Assembly: GCF_003334255.1 (NCBI RefSeq)
Contig: NZ_QOWU01000012.1
Reading direction: 5' to 3' (one strand)
Origin: Escherichia coli
GTDB taxonomy: Bacteria; Pseudomonadota; Gammaproteobacteria; Enterobacterales; Enterobacteriaceae
Length of the DNA: 64,000 bases
Below are positions 33,329 to 44,433 of the stretch, piece after piece. The notes under the pieces were generated by a model. The model was not told where the DNA came from. It worked only from the letters and a program-made list of their open reading frames with translations, and did no database searches. Numbering within the stretch: the first letter of the stretch is position 1; every line of letters starts with the position of its first letter. The translations under genes were made by a program, and so were the position numbers.

Positions 33329-34411
33329 ATGGCTCAGCTTTCGTTACAACATATTCAAAAAATCTACGATAACCAGGTGCATGTGGTGAAGGACTTCAAC
33401 CTGGAAATTGCCGATAAAGAGTTCATCGTGTTTGTCGGCCCGTCGGGCTGCGGTAAGTCGACCACCCTGCGCATGATTGCCGGGCTTGAGGAGATCAGCG
33501 GCGGCGATCTGTTGATCGACGGCAAACGAATGAATGACGTTCCAGCCAAAGCACGCAATATAGCGATGGTGTTCCAGAACTACGCGTTGTATCCGCATAT
33601 GACGGTTTACGACAACATGGCGTTTGGTCTGAAGATGCAAAAAATCGCCAAAGAGGTGATTGATGAGCGGGTGAACTGGGCGGCGCAAATTCTCGGCCTG
33701 CGTGAGTACCTGAAACGTAAGCCGGGGGCGCTTTCCGGCGGGCAACGTCAGCGAGTGGCGCTTGGGCGGGCGATTGTACGCGAAGCGGGCGTGTTTTTAA
33801 TGGATGAACCGCTCTCTAACCTTGATGCCAAGCTGCGCGTGCAAATGCGCGCAGAGATCAGCAAGCTGCATCAGAAACTGAACACCACCATGATCTACGT
33901 GACCCACGATCAGACCGAAGCGATGACCATGGCGACGCGGATTGTGATTATGAAAGACGGGATTGTTCAGCAAGTAGGTGCGCCGAAAACCGTTTATAAC
34001 CAACCCGCGAATATGTTTGTTTCCGGATTTATTGGATCACCAGCGATGAATTTTATTCGCGGCACGATCGATGGCGATAAATTCGTTACGGAAACGCTTA
34101 AATTAACCATTCCCGAAGAGAAATTAGCGGTTCTGAAAACACAGGAAAGTTTGCATAAGCCCATTGTGATGGGAATACGACCGGAAGATATTCATCCGGA
34201 CGCGCAAGAGGAAAATAACATTTCCGCCAAAATTAGCGTGGCAGAATTAACCGGTGCGGAATTTATGCTCTACACCACGGTTGGGGGGCACGAGTTAGTG
34301 GTCCGTGCTGGTGCGTTAAATGATTATCATGCAGGAGAAAATATCACTATTCATTTTGATATGACGAAATGTCATTTCTTTGATGCAGAAACGGAAATAG
34401 CAATTCGCTAA
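33329..34411 (+). CDS. ycjV: Sugar ABC transporter ATP-binding protein (MalK-like), intact
   Basis: Uninterrupted 360-aa ORF with Walker A GPSGCGKST, signature LSGGQRQR, Walker B FLMDEPLSNLD, and a C-terminal MalK-type regulatory domain. Confidence 0.92.
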   Translation: MAQLSLQHIQKIYDNQVHVVKDFNLEIADKEFIVFVGPSGCGKSTTLRMIAGLEEISGGDLLIDGKRMNDVPAKARNIAMVFQNYALYPHMTVYDNMAFGLKMQKIAKEVIDERVNWAAQILGLREYLKRKPGALSGGQRQRVALGRAIVREAGVFLMDEPLSNLDAKLRVQMRAEISKLHQKLNTTMIYVTHDQTEAMTMATRIVIMKDGIVQQVGAPKTVYNQPANMFVSGFIGSPAMNFIRGTIDGDKFVTETLKLTIPEEKLAVLKTQESLHKPIVMGIRPEDIHPDAQEENNISAKISVAELTGAEFMLYTTVGGHELVVRAGALNDYHAGENITIHFDMTKCHFFDAETEIAIR

Positions 34412-34416
34412 ATACA

Positions 34417-34434
34417 GGGGGAAGGCATTCCCCC
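34417..34434 (+). other. Intercistronic stem-loop between ycjV and ompG (GGGGGAA-GGCA-TTCCCCC)
   Basis: Perfect 7-bp stem read directly with no U tract. Its role (RNA stability or partial termination) is unknown. Confidence 0.5.
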
Positions 34435-34455
34435 AGGATAATACAAGGAACAATA

Positions 34456-35361
34456 ATGAAAAAGTTATTACCCTGTACCGCACTGGTGATATGTGCGGGA
34501 ATGGCCTGCGCACAGGCCGAGGAAAGGAACGACTGGCACTTTAATATCGGCGCGATGTACGAAATAGAAAACGTCGAGGGTTATGGCGAAGATATGGATG
34601 GGCTGGCGGAGCCTTCAGTCTATTTTAATGCCGCCAACGGGCCGTGGAGAATTGCTCTGGCCTATTATCAGGAAGGGCCGGTAGATTATAGCGCGGGTAA
34701 ACGTGGAACGTGGTTTGATCGCCCGGAGCTGGAGGTGCATTATCAGTTCCTCGAAAACGATGATTTCAGTTTCGGCCTGACCGGCGGTTTCCGTAATTAT
34801 GGTTATCACTACGTTGATGAACCGGGTAAAGACACGGCGAATATGCAGCGCTGGAAAATCGCGCCAGACTGGGATGTGAAACTGACTGACGATTTACGTT
34901 TCAACGGTTGGTTGTCGATGTATAAATTTGCCAACGATCTGAACACTACCGGTTACGCTGATACCCGTGTCGAAACGGAAACAGGTCTGCAATATACCTT
35001 CAACGAAACGGTTGCCTTGCGAGTGAACTATTATCTCGAGCGCGGCTTCAATATGGACGACAGCCGCAATAACGGTGAGTTTTCCACGCAAGAAATTCGC
35101 GCCTATTTGCCGCTGACGCTCGGCAACCACTCGGTGACGCCGTATACGCGCATTGGGCTGGATCGCTGGAGTAACTGGGACTGGCAGGATGATATTGAAC
35201 GTGAAGGCCATGATTTTAACCGTGTAGGTTTATTTTACGGTTATGATTTCCAGAACGGACTTTCCGTTTCGCTGGAATACGCGTTTGAGTGGCAGGATCA
35301 CGACGAAGGCGACAGTGATAAATTCCATTATGCAGGTGTCGGCGTAAATTACTCGTTCTGA
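34456..35361 (+). CDS. ompG: Outer membrane porin G
   Basis: 301-aa ORF with signal peptide MKKLLPCTALVICAGMACA, beta-barrel alternating pattern, and a terminal YSF. Recognised as OmpG. Confidence 0.96.
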   Translation: MKKLLPCTALVICAGMACAQAEERNDWHFNIGAMYEIENVEGYGEDMDGLAEPSVYFNAANGPWRIALAYYQEGPVDYSAGKRGTWFDRPELEVHYQFLENDDFSFGLTGGFRNYGYHYVDEPGKDTANMQRWKIAPDWDVKLTDDLRFNGWLSMYKFANDLNTTGYADTRVETETGLQYTFNETVALRVNYYLERGFNMDDSRNNGEFSTQEIRAYLPLTLGNHSVTPYTRIGLDRWSNWDWQDDIEREGHDFNRVGLFYGYDFQNGLSVSLEYAFEWQDHDEGDSDKFHYAGVGVNYSF

Positions 35362-35375
35362 TAATGGGCTAAATT

Positions 35376-35450
35376 GCCGGATGCGGCGCGAGTACTTTAT
35401 CCGATCTATAAATGTAGGCCGGATAAGATGCGCTAGCATCGCATCCGGCA
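35376..35450. repeat. BIME: two inverted REP elements between ompG and ycjW
   Basis: GCCGGATGCGGCGCGAGTACTTTATCCGATC and GTAGGCCGGATAAGATGCGCTAGCATCGCATCCGGCA are typical REP sequences. Confidence 0.85.
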
Positions 35451-35471
35451 TTCAGGCAAGGTAGCTGGTAT

Positions 35472-36470
35472 TTATTTCAGCGTCATATGCGTGGCAACGG
35501 TAATATTCTGTGGTGACGGTTTTCCAGAAATTAAGCGGAATAATAACTCGCAGCTTTGTTGACCTAACTCCTGCGTCGGAACATCGATGCCGCCCGGTGC
35601 AGGCGTTAAAATAAATGACAGCGTTTCATTGCTATAACCCACCACCGCTAACTGCTGCGGAATAGCAATATTTTTCTCTGCTGCCGCACGATAAATGCTC
35701 ATTAATTTCAGGCTGTCAGTGGCAAACACCGCCTCAGGCAACGGTGACTGGCTTAATAATTGCCGTGCTGCTTTTAATGCAGTTTCATGGGTATAACCGC
35801 CATCAACAATCCATTCATCACGCACTGCAATATTATGCGCAGCCAGGCTCTGCTTATAACCATTAACGCGATCAACCGAAACATGGACATCAAGCGGAGC
35901 ATGCAGGCAGGCAATATTTTGATGCCCACTTTCAATTAATGCATCGGTCAACGCAATGCTGTCGCCAAAATTATCGGTATCGACAGAATAAACATGGGCA
36001 TATTGACCTTCAACTTTGCCAATCACCACCACCGGAATATCATATTTATCGAGTTGGGCAAAAAATGACTCATCCGCTGGCGAACTGAGCATAATAATGC
36101 CTTTAATCATTTTCTGCTTAATTTTGCTTTCGCATTTTTGCAGATCTTCTGCCGGATTGTGCGACGTTTGTAATATCACGTCGAAACCTTCTTCTTCAGC
36201 TTTGGCGGTGATGGCATGCAAAACTTCAGAGAAAAACGGATTACCCGCCGTAGTTTTGGTCGAACGGGTAGAAATCACCATAATGGCATCAAAACCCGAA
36301 GAGGTCAGCGCGCGGGCCAGCTTGTTTGGCTGATACTGTAATTCTTCAATGGCCCGTAACACTTTTTCGCGCGCTTCCGGGGAGATATTAGTTTGCTTAT
36401 TCAGCACGCGTGATACGGTGGATTTTGATACGCCTGCAACCCTGGCAATATCATAAATAGTAGGGGACAT
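35472..36470 (-). CDS. ycjW: LacI-family transcriptional repressor
   Basis: 332-aa ORF with the N-terminal [27 protein letters not shown]. Recognised as YcjW. Confidence 0.94.
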
Positions 36471-36543
36471 AGGTCAGGAACTCCGTCCGAACGTGAATGC
36501 TGCACATCTTATGGAGTTCGCCGGTCGATGACAACACGGGCAG

Positions 36544-36571
36544 TTGATAATCAATGGCCTGGCCCCCACAT
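36544..36571 (+). promoter_or_regulatory. Sigma-32 (heat-shock) type promoter candidate for ycjX
   Basis: TTGATAA-N13-CCCCACAT compared with the RpoH consensus CTTGAAA-N13/14-CCCCATnT. It lies about 55 nt upstream of the ycjX ATG. Confidence 0.55.
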
Positions 36572-36625
36572 TCATATCCTTACGAATGATTTTTTTTCTG
36601 GTCTTCAGAGCAGCACAGGACAGCA

Positions 36626-38023
36626 ATGAAGCGACTTAAAAATGAACTCAATGCGCTGGTGAATCGGGGTGTCGACAGACATCTGCGCCTCGCTGTAACC
36701 GGACTTAGCCGCAGCGGCAAAACAGCGTTTATCACCGCGATGGTTAATCAGTTGCTTAATATTCACGCCGGAGCACGTTTGCCGCTGTTAAGTGCGGTGC
36801 GTGAAGAGCGCCTGCTGGGCGTGAAACGCATTCCCCAGCGTGACTTTGGCATTCCGCGCTTCACCTATGACGAAGGGCTGGCGCAGTTATATGGCGATCC
36901 ACCCGCCTGGCCAACGCCAACGCGCGGCGTCAGTGAAATCCGCCTGGCGCTACGTTTTAAATCGAATGATTCGCTGCTACGCCACTTTAAGGATACCTCC
37001 ACGCTGTATCTGGAAATTGTGGATTATCCCGGCGAATGGTTGCTCGACCTGCCGATGCTGGCGCAGGACTATTTAAGCTGGTCGCGCCAGATGACGGGCT
37101 TACTCAATGGTCAGCGCGGAGAATGGTCGGCGAAATGGCGAATGATGAGCGAAGGGCTGGACCCGCTAGCGCCTGCCGACGAAAACCGGCTGGCGGACAT
37201 TGCCGCCGCGTGGACCGATTATCTCCACCACTGTAAACAGCAGGGGCTGCACTTTATTCAGCCTGGGCGCTTTGTCTTGCCGGGAGATATGGCAGGTGCG
37301 CCCGCGCTGCAATTCTTCCCGTGGCCGGATGTCGATACCTGGGGCGAGTCCAAACTGGCGCAGGCCGATAAGCATACCAATGCCGGAATGCTGCGCGAGC
37401 GCTTTAATTATTACTGCGAGAAGGTGGTGAAGGGGTTCTATAAGAATCATTTTCTGCGCTTTGACCGCCAGATTGTGCTGGTGGATTGCCTGCAACCTCT
37501 CAACAGTGGGCCACAGGCATTTAATGATATGCGTCTGGCACTGACGCAGCTGATGCAAAGTTTTCACTACGGGCAGCGTACCCTGTTCCGGCGTTTGTTT
37601 TCGCCGGTTATCGATAAGCTATTGTTTGCTGCCACTAAAGCGGACCATGTGACCATCGATCAGCACGCTAATATGGTTTCATTACTGCAACAACTGATTC
37701 AGGATGCCTGGCAAAATGCGGCGTTCGAAGGGATCAGCATGGACTGCCTGGGGCTGGCGTCAGTTCAGGCGACCACCAGCGGCATTATTGATGTTAACGG
37801 TGAGAAAATCCCGGCGCTGCGTGGTAATCGACTTAGCGATGGCGCACCGCTCACTGTTTATCCTGGCGAAGTTCCCGCACGTTTGCCTGGTCAGGCGTTC
37901 TGGGATAAGCAAGGCTTCCAGTTTGAGGCATTTCGTCCGCAGGTGATGGATGTCGACAAACCACTACCGCATATTCGTCTTGATGCTGCGCTGGAATTTT
38001 TAATAGGAGATAAATTGCGATGA
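36626..38023 (+). CDS. ycjX: P-loop NTPase of unknown role (YcjX family)
   Basis: 465-aa ORF with Walker A GLSRSGKT near the N-terminus. Recognised as YcjX. Confidence 0.92.
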   Translation: MKRLKNELNALVNRGVDRHLRLAVTGLSRSGKTAFITAMVNQLLNIHAGARLPLLSAVREERLLGVKRIPQRDFGIPRFTYDEGLAQLYGDPPAWPTPTRGVSEIRLALRFKSNDSLLRHFKDTSTLYLEIVDYPGEWLLDLPMLAQDYLSWSRQMTGLLNGQRGEWSAKWRMMSEGLDPLAPADENRLADIAAAWTDYLHHCKQQGLHFIQPGRFVLPGDMAGAPALQFFPWPDVDTWGESKLAQADKHTNAGMLRERFNYYCEKVVKGFYKNHFLRFDRQIVLVDCLQPLNSGPQAFNDMRLALTQLMQSFHYGQRTLFRRLFSPVIDKLLFAATKADHVTIDQHANMVSLLQQLIQDAWQNAAFEGISMDCLGLASVQATTSGIIDVNGEKIPALRGNRLSDGAPLTVYPGEVPARLPGQAFWDKQGFQFEAFRPQVMDVDKPLPHIRLDAALEFLIGDKLR

Positions 38024-39081
38024 CCGAACCGTTAAAACCACGTATTGATTTCGACGGTCCTCTGGAGGTCGATCAGAATCCTAAATTCAGGGCGCAGCAG
38101 ACCTTTGACGAAAATCAGGCGCAAAATTTTGCCCCGGCCACGCTCGACGAAGCGCAGGAAGAAGAGGGGCAAGTCGAAGCGGTAATGGACGCAGCGTTAC
38201 GTCCGAAACGCAGCCTGTGGCGCAAAATGGTGATGGGCGGGCTGGCTCTGTTTGGCGCAAGCGTTGTCGGGCAGGGTGTACAGTGGACAATGAATGCCTG
38301 GCAAACCCAGGACTGGGTGGCGCTGGGTGGATGTGCCGCTGGGGCATTGATTATCGGCGCTGGCGTAGGTTCTGTGGTAACAGAGTGGCGGCGCTTATGG
38401 CGCTTGCGACAGCGCGCCCATGAACGCGACGAAGCGCGTGATTTATTGCATAGCCACGGCACGGGCAAAGGCCGCGCATTTTGCGAAAAACTGGCGCAGC
38501 AGGCGGGTATTGATCAGTCGCATCCGGCGCTGCAACGCTGGTATGCCTCAATCCATGAAACGCAAAACGACCGTGAAGTGGTCAGCCTGTATGCGCATTT
38601 GGTCCAGCCAGTTTTAGATGCCCAGGCGCGGCGCGAAATCAGCCGTTCGGCGGCGGAATCAACGTTGATGATTGCGGTCAGCCCGCTGGCGTTGGTCGAT
38701 ATGGCGTTTATCGCCTGGCGCAATCTGCGTTTAATTAATCGCATCGCCACGCTGTATGGCATTGAACTGGGGTATTACAGCCGTTTGCGTCTGTTTAAGC
38801 TGGTATTGCTGAATATCGCTTTTGCCGGAGCCAGCGAACTGGTGCGCGAAGTGGGGATGGACTGGATGTCGCAAGATCTCGCTGCTCGTTTGTCTACCCG
38901 CGCAGCTCAGGGGATTGGTGCAGGACTTCTGACGGCACGACTCGGGATTAAAGCTATGGAGCTTTGCCGCCCGCTGCCGTGGATTGACGATGACAAACCT
39001 CGCCTCGGGGATTTCCGTCGTCAGCTTATCGGTCAGGTGAAAGAAACGCTGCAAAAAGGCAAAACGCCCAGCGAAAAATAA
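38020..39081 (+). CDS. ycjF: Inner-membrane protein of unknown function (UPF0283 family)
   Basis: 353-aa ORF with an ATGA start/stop overlap with ycjX, an acidic N-terminus, and then TM segments. Recognised as YcjF. Confidence 0.92.
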   Translation: MTEPLKPRIDFDGPLEVDQNPKFRAQQTFDENQAQNFAPATLDEAQEEEGQVEAVMDAALRPKRSLWRKMVMGGLALFGASVVGQGVQWTMNAWQTQDWVALGGCAAGALIIGAGVGSVVTEWRRLWRLRQRAHERDEARDLLHSHGTGKGRAFCEKLAQQAGIDQSHPALQRWYASIHETQNDREVVSLYAHLVQPVLDAQARREISRSAAESTLMIAVSPLALVDMAFIAWRNLRLINRIATLYGIELGYYSRLRLFKLVLLNIAFAGASELVREVGMDWMSQDLAARLSTRAAQGIGAGLLTARLGIKAMELCRPLPWIDDDKPRLGDFRRQLIGQVKETLQKGKTPSEK

Positions 39082-39140
39082 TGCAATATCGGGTGCTGAC
39101 CGGATATCTTTACGCCGAAGTGCCCGTTTTTCCGTCTTTG

Positions 39141-39158
39141 TGTCAATGATTGTTGACA
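39141..39158. promoter_or_regulatory. TyrR box (autoregulatory) TGTCAATGATTGTTGACA
   Basis: Perfect 6-N6-6 palindrome matching the TyrR box consensus TGTAAA-N6-TTTACA, about 70 nt upstream of the tyrR ATG. Confidence 0.75.
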
Positions 39159-39228
39159 GAAACCTTCCTGCTATCCAAATAGTGTCATATCATCATATTA
39201 ATTGTTCTTTTTTCAGGTGAAGGTTCCC

Positions 39229-40770
39229 ATGCGTCTGGAAGTCTTTTGTGAAGACCGACTCGGTCTGACCCGCGAATTACTCGATCTACTCGTGCTAAGA
39301 GGCATTGATTTACGCGGTATTGAGATTGATCCCATTGGGCGAATCTACCTCAATTTTGCTGAACTGGAGTTTGAGAGTTTCAGCAGTCTGATGGCCGAAA
39401 TACGCCGTATTGCGGGTGTTACCGATGTGCGTACTGTCCCGTGGATGCCTTCCGAACGTGAGCATCTGGCGTTGAGCGCGTTACTGGAGGCGTTGCCTGA
39501 ACCTGTGCTCTCTGTCGATATGAAAAGCAAAGTGGATATGGCGAACCCGGCGAGCTGTCAGCTTTTTGGGCAAAAATTGGATCGCCTGCGCAACCATACC
39601 GCCGCACAATTGATTAACGGCTTTAATTTTTTACGTTGGCTGGAAAGCGAACCGCAAGATTCGCATAACGAGCATGTCGTTATTAATGGGCAGAATTTCC
39701 TGATGGAGATTACGCCTGTTTATCTTCAGGATGAAAATGATCAACACGTCCTGACCGGTGCGGTGGTGATGTTGCGATCAACGATTCGTATGGGCCGCCA
39801 GTTGCAAAATGTCGCCGCCCAGGACGTCAGCGCCTTCAGTCAAATTGTCGCCGTCAGCCCGAAAATGAAGCATGTTGTCGAACAGGCGCAGAAACTGGCG
39901 ATGCTAAGCGCGCCGCTGCTGATTACGGGTGACACAGGTACAGGTAAAGATCTCTTTGCCTACGCCTGCCATCAGGCAAGCCCCAGAGCGGGCAAACCTT
40001 ACCTGGCGCTGAACTGTGCGTCTATACCGGAAGATGCGGTCGAGAGTGAACTGTTTGGTCATGCTCCGGAAGGGAAGAAAGGATTCTTTGAGCAGGCGAA
40101 CGGTGGTTCGGTGCTGTTGGATGAAATAGGGGAAATGTCACCACGGATGCAGGCGAAATTACTGCGTTTCCTTAATGATGGCACTTTCCGTCGGGTTGGC
40201 GAAGACCATGAGGTGCATGTCGATGTGCGGGTGATTTGCGCTACGCAGAAGAATCTGGTCGAACTGGTGCAAAAAGGCATGTTCCGTGAAGATCTCTATT
40301 ATCGTCTGAACGTGTTGACGCTCAATCTGCCGCCGCTACGTGACTGTCCGCAGGACATCATGCCGTTAACTGAGCTGTTCGTCGCCCGCTTTGCCGACGA
40401 GCAGGGCGTGCCGCGTCCGAAACTGGCCGCTGACCTGAATACTGTACTTACGCGTTATGCGTGGCCGGGAAATGTGCGGCAGTTAAAGAACGCTATCTAT
40501 CGCGCACTGACACAACTGGACGGTTATGAGCTGCGTCCACAGGATATTTTGTTGCCGGATTATGACGCCGCAACGGTAGCCGTGGGCGAAGATGCGATGG
40601 AAGGTTCGCTGGACGAAATCACCAGCCGTTTTGAACGCTCGGTATTAACCCAGCTTTATCGCAATTATCCCAGCACGCGCAAACTGGCAAAACGTCTCGG
40701 CGTTTCACATACCGCGATTGCCAATAAGTTGCGGGAATATGGTCTGAGTCAGAAGAAGAACGAAGAGTAA
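39229..40770 (+). CDS. tyrR: Aromatic amino acid regulator TyrR (AAA+ / HTH)
   Basis: ORF track 39202..40770. The ATG at 39229 (MRLEVFCEDRLGLTRELLDLL) gives 513 aa, with Walker A GDTGTGKD. Confidence 0.95.
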   Translation: MRLEVFCEDRLGLTRELLDLLVLRGIDLRGIEIDPIGRIYLNFAELEFESFSSLMAEIRRIAGVTDVRTVPWMPSEREHLALSALLEALPEPVLSVDMKSKVDMANPASCQLFGQKLDRLRNHTAAQLINGFNFLRWLESEPQDSHNEHVVINGQNFLMEITPVYLQDENDQHVLTGAVVMLRSTIRMGRQLQNVAAQDVSAFSQIVAVSPKMKHVVEQAQKLAMLSAPLLITGDTGTGKDLFAYACHQASPRAGKPYLALNCASIPEDAVESELFGHAPEGKKGFFEQANGGSVLLDEIGEMSPRMQAKLLRFLNDGTFRRVGEDHEVHVDVRVICATQKNLVELVQKGMFREDLYYRLNVLTLNLPPLRDCPQDIMPLTELFVARFADEQGVPRPKLAADLNTVLTRYAWPGNVRQLKNAIYRALTQLDGYELRPQDILLPDYDAATVAVGEDAMEGSLDEITSRFERSVLTQLYRNYPSTRKLAKRLGVSHTAIANKLREYGLSQKKNEE

Positions 40771-40775
40771 GCGCG

Positions 40776-40810
40776 AATATGCCTGATGGTGCAACACCAT
40801 CAGGCATATT
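40776..40810. terminator. Bidirectional terminator hairpin between tyrR and tpx
   Basis: Perfect 16-bp stem AATATGCCTGATGGTG / CACCATCAGGCATATT with a 3-nt loop, lying between the two convergent stop codons. Confidence 0.8.
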
Positions 40811-40813
40811 AAA

Positions 40814-41320
40814 TTATGCTTTCAGTACAGCCAGAGCTGCTTCGTAATCCGGCTCGGTGGTGATTTCATCCACCAGCTGGCTGAAAATCACATTGTCATT
40901 TTCGTCAATAACCACAACGGCACGCGCTGCCAGACCTTTCAGTGGGCCATCAGCAATTGCCACACCGTAGGCTTGCAGAAATTCAGCGTTACGGAAAGTG
41001 GAGAGGGTGATAACGTTGTTCAGACCTTCTGCGCCGCAGAAACGAGACTGGGCGAACGGCAGATCGGCAGAGATACACAGCACAACGGTGTTGTCGATCT
41101 CGGTTGCCAGTTGGTTAAACTTACGTACTGATGCGGCGCAAACACCGGTATCAATACTCGGGAAAATGTTCAGCACTTTGCGTTTACCCGCAAACTGACC
41201 GAGGGTGACGTCAGACAGATCTTTTGCCACGAGAGTAAAAGTCTGCGCTTTGCTACCCGCCTGCGGGATGGAATTGGCGACTGTAACCGGGTTGCCCTGG
41301 AAATGAACGGTTTGTGACAT
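40814..41320 (-). CDS. tpx: Thiol peroxidase
   Basis: 168-aa ORF starting [38 protein letters not shown], recognised as Tpx. Confidence 0.96.
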   Translation of the reverse strand: MSQTVHFQGNPVTVANSIPQAGSKAQTFTLVAKDLSDVTLGQFAGKRKVLNIFPSIDTGVCAASVRKFNQLATEIDNTVVLCISADLPFAQSRFCGAEGLNNVITLSTFRNAEFLQAYGVAIADGPLKGLAARAVVVIDENDNVIFSQLVDEITTEPDYEAALAVLKA

Positions 41321-41428
41321 GATTATCTTTCCTGTTTACATATAGTTAACGTCACACCTAGTTTATGCTAACTGTCAATAACACAGCAAACGCTATTTGC
41401 GCTTAATCCGCAGACCACCGCGACAACA

Positions 41429-42378
<950 letters not shown>

Positions 42379-42404
<26 letters not shown>

Positions 42405-43107
42405 GATGCCAGCGCAGCAAGTTTGCCATCGCAAAGAGATATTTTTCGCTGGCTTCGTCGGAGGAGATGGGCGGAAACTCTGCGGTGATGCAATGCAAGT
42501 TGAGATCTGCACACCAACTGCCGAAAGAGCCAGGCGTTTCATAACCGACGCTGGTTACCAGAGGCAATTCAAACGCCTGGGCCAGCCATTCACCTAATTC
42601 GCTGTGTCTGGGATCTTCAATACAGGCCAGTGGATCGTGGAATGAGACCACCCAGGCAGGTTGAATGCGGTGTATAAGCTGGCACAGCGCCTGGGTTTCA
42701 GGTTCTGAGCCAGGTTTGTCACCTGTCAGTAATACGACATCACGTTCTTCAGCGGCGCTGTTCCAGCGATAAACCGTTTCACCTTCCTTCCAGTTCGCCG
42801 CCGGAAAGTTTCTGTTTAAATCCACACCATTAGCATTGGCCCGTAACCCCAGCTGGCAGCCGTCAGGATTCGCACACAGCACCACATGATGGCGGCGCAA
42901 AGAAGGTGTCAACGTCCGCAGAGCACAGGAGAGCGTGACGACCGAAGAGTTTTCATCACCGTGAGTGCCAGCCAGAATCAAACCACTTTCGCGGCTGGCT
43001 GCAGGGGCAGGAAACCAGATTAACGGCGCGCCCAATAATGAACGTCCGTAATGTTCTGTTCCGGGCGGAAATGCGCCGCGTTCGGCGCGTGGGCGGGTTA
43101 CGGTCAT
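42379..43107 (-). CDS. mpaA: Murein tripeptide amidase A (M14 carboxypeptidase fold)
   Basis: ORF track 42379..43167. The ATG at 43107 (MTVTRPRAERGAFPPGTEHYGRSLLG) gives 242 aa. Its 3' end overlaps ycjG by 26 nt on the opposite strand. Confidence 0.92.
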
Positions 43108-43183
43108 GATCGTCTCTGGTTCAGGAAGTATTACAGGCAGTGTTGTGCAAATTTTGCGGATTATCAAATCCTTTTCTTCAACG

Positions 43184-43372
43184 CTATGTCATCGATCTTG
43201 TATCACTTTTTTTGCCGGAAGTTGTTTGCATTTTATTAGTTGGATAGGGTTTGTGGATTTTTGCTGGCTGACGGGCAAATAAAGTTTGTTTAATGGTTTG
43301 CTTATCTGCCAGTTGATTAATCACATGGCGGGCTATCTGACCGCCAGCACCAAGAATCAGTACCTTTTTCAT
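43184..43372 (-). pseudogene. ymjC: N-terminal remnant of an NAD(P)-binding (NmrA/SDR-like) oxidoreductase gene
   Basis: The 62-codon ORF begins with a Rossmann motif, MKKVLILGAGGQIARHV, but is far too short for such a domain. Its last 15 codons are encoded by the repeat at 43203-43233. Confidence 0.7.
43203..43233 (+). repeat. Left copy of a ~30-nt direct repeat (TCACTTTTTTTGCCGGAAGTTGTTTGCATTT)
   Basis: Matches 45650-45679 with one T indel and a CC/AT difference. GGAAGTTGTTTGCATTT (17 nt) is identical in both copies. Confidence 0.85.
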
Positions 43373-43377
43373 GAAAA

Positions 43378-43443
43378 TTATCCCAGATTATTGGCAGCAA
43401 TATGCCAGGCCATATCACTATTGCGGATTTGAATATGTTTCAT
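43378..43443 (-). CDS. ymjD: 21-codon ORF between ycjY and ymjC' (MKHIQIRNSDMAWHIAANNLG)
   Basis: Its ATG overlaps the ycjY stop (TAATG), and GAGGA lies 9 nt upstream. It is too short for the ORF track. I recall a 21-aa YmjD annotated here in K-12, but the assignment is from memory. Confidence 0.5.
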   Translation of the reverse strand: MKHIQIRNSDMAWHIAANNLG

Positions 43444-44363
43444 TACAGAGTTTCCTCAAAGAACGGAGCTAATACTGAAATTGCTTCAGCCACATAGGCT
43501 TTGCCGTCATAAAGATCCATATGGTTTGCGCCTTCAACAATGTGATAGCGTTTATCCTGGCTTGATGCTCGATCGTACAGGTCGTCACTCATCCATTTGC
43601 TCCCTGCCTGGCTGCCCGCCACAATCTGCGTCGGCTGAGTCAGGTACACTTCCGCCATATGGTAAGCATCATAGGTAATAATCTGGTTAAGGCTGCGCAA
43701 AGTAGCGTAACCCGGTGCTGTTGGATACTGCGCGCGAGGGGTGTGGTAATACTCCCAGGCCTGACGCAGTTCTTCGTTCGGCGCATCGGACTCCTTCATT
43801 GGTGCCAGTGGCATAATGGCGTATTCTCCGCTGCTAATATCGCTGGTTCTGGCGTTTGAACCCGCTTCAACGTATGGCAGGGCATCAATAGATTTCACAT
43901 TGTTTTCCCAACCATTACGGAACATCGAACCAATATTGACTGCACTAACGGTACCGATGGCCTTGATGCGGCGATCCTGAATTGCAGCATTGGCTGTATA
44001 TCCTGCACCGGCACAAATTCCCATCGCACCAATTCGGGTATTGTCGACATAAGAAAGCGTTGTCAGGTAATCAATCACGGCACTGACGTCTTCAGTACGA
44101 ATGTATGGGTTTTCTAACTGACGCGGCTCGCCGCCACTTTCACCCTGATAAGATGCGTCATAAGCAATAGTGACAAATCCCTTTTCCGCCAGTTTTTCGG
44201 CATAGGTCCCGGCCGTTTGTTCTTTAACGCCCCCACCTGGGTGAGATACCACAATTGCCGGATATTGACGGGTTTCATCAAATTTTGGAGGAAAATAGAT
44301 CACTGCAGACAAAGAGATGGTTGGATTATTGCTGTTAGTGAAGCTGACTTTATTATTCATCAT
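43443..44363 (-). CDS. ycjY: Alpha/beta-hydrolase (dienelactone hydrolase / S9-like)
   Basis: ORF track 43443..44375. The ATG at 44363 (MMNNKVSFTNSNNPTISL) follows GAGGAACGGA and gives 306 aa. The nucleophile elbow is GICAG. Confidence 0.88.
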   Translation of the reverse strand: MMNNKVSFTNSNNPTISLSAVIYFPPKFDETRQYPAIVVSHPGGGVKEQTAGTYAEKLAEKGFVTIAYDASYQGESGGEPRQLENPYIRTEDVSAVIDYLTTLSYVDNTRIGAMGICAGAGYTANAAIQDRRIKAIGTVSAVNIGSMFRNGWENNVKSIDALPYVEAGSNARTSDISSGEYAIMPLAPMKESDAPNEELRQAWEYYHTPRAQYPTAPGYATLRSLNQIITYDAYHMAEVYLTQPTQIVAGSQAGSKWMSDDLYDRASSQDKRYHIVEGANHMDLYDGKAYVAEAISVLAPFFEETL

Positions 44364-44433
44364 TCCGTTCCTCATGGAGTTGTTGGTTCGTTTTAACGGT
44401 TGGTGATATCACTATAGATATTGATCATTAAGT

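Noticed and set aside
43051-43239. 62-codon plus-strand ORF across the mpaA start and the left repeat copy
   Set aside because: It is antisense to the mpaA 5' end and ymjC', has no SD, and is AT-rich low-complexity sequence.
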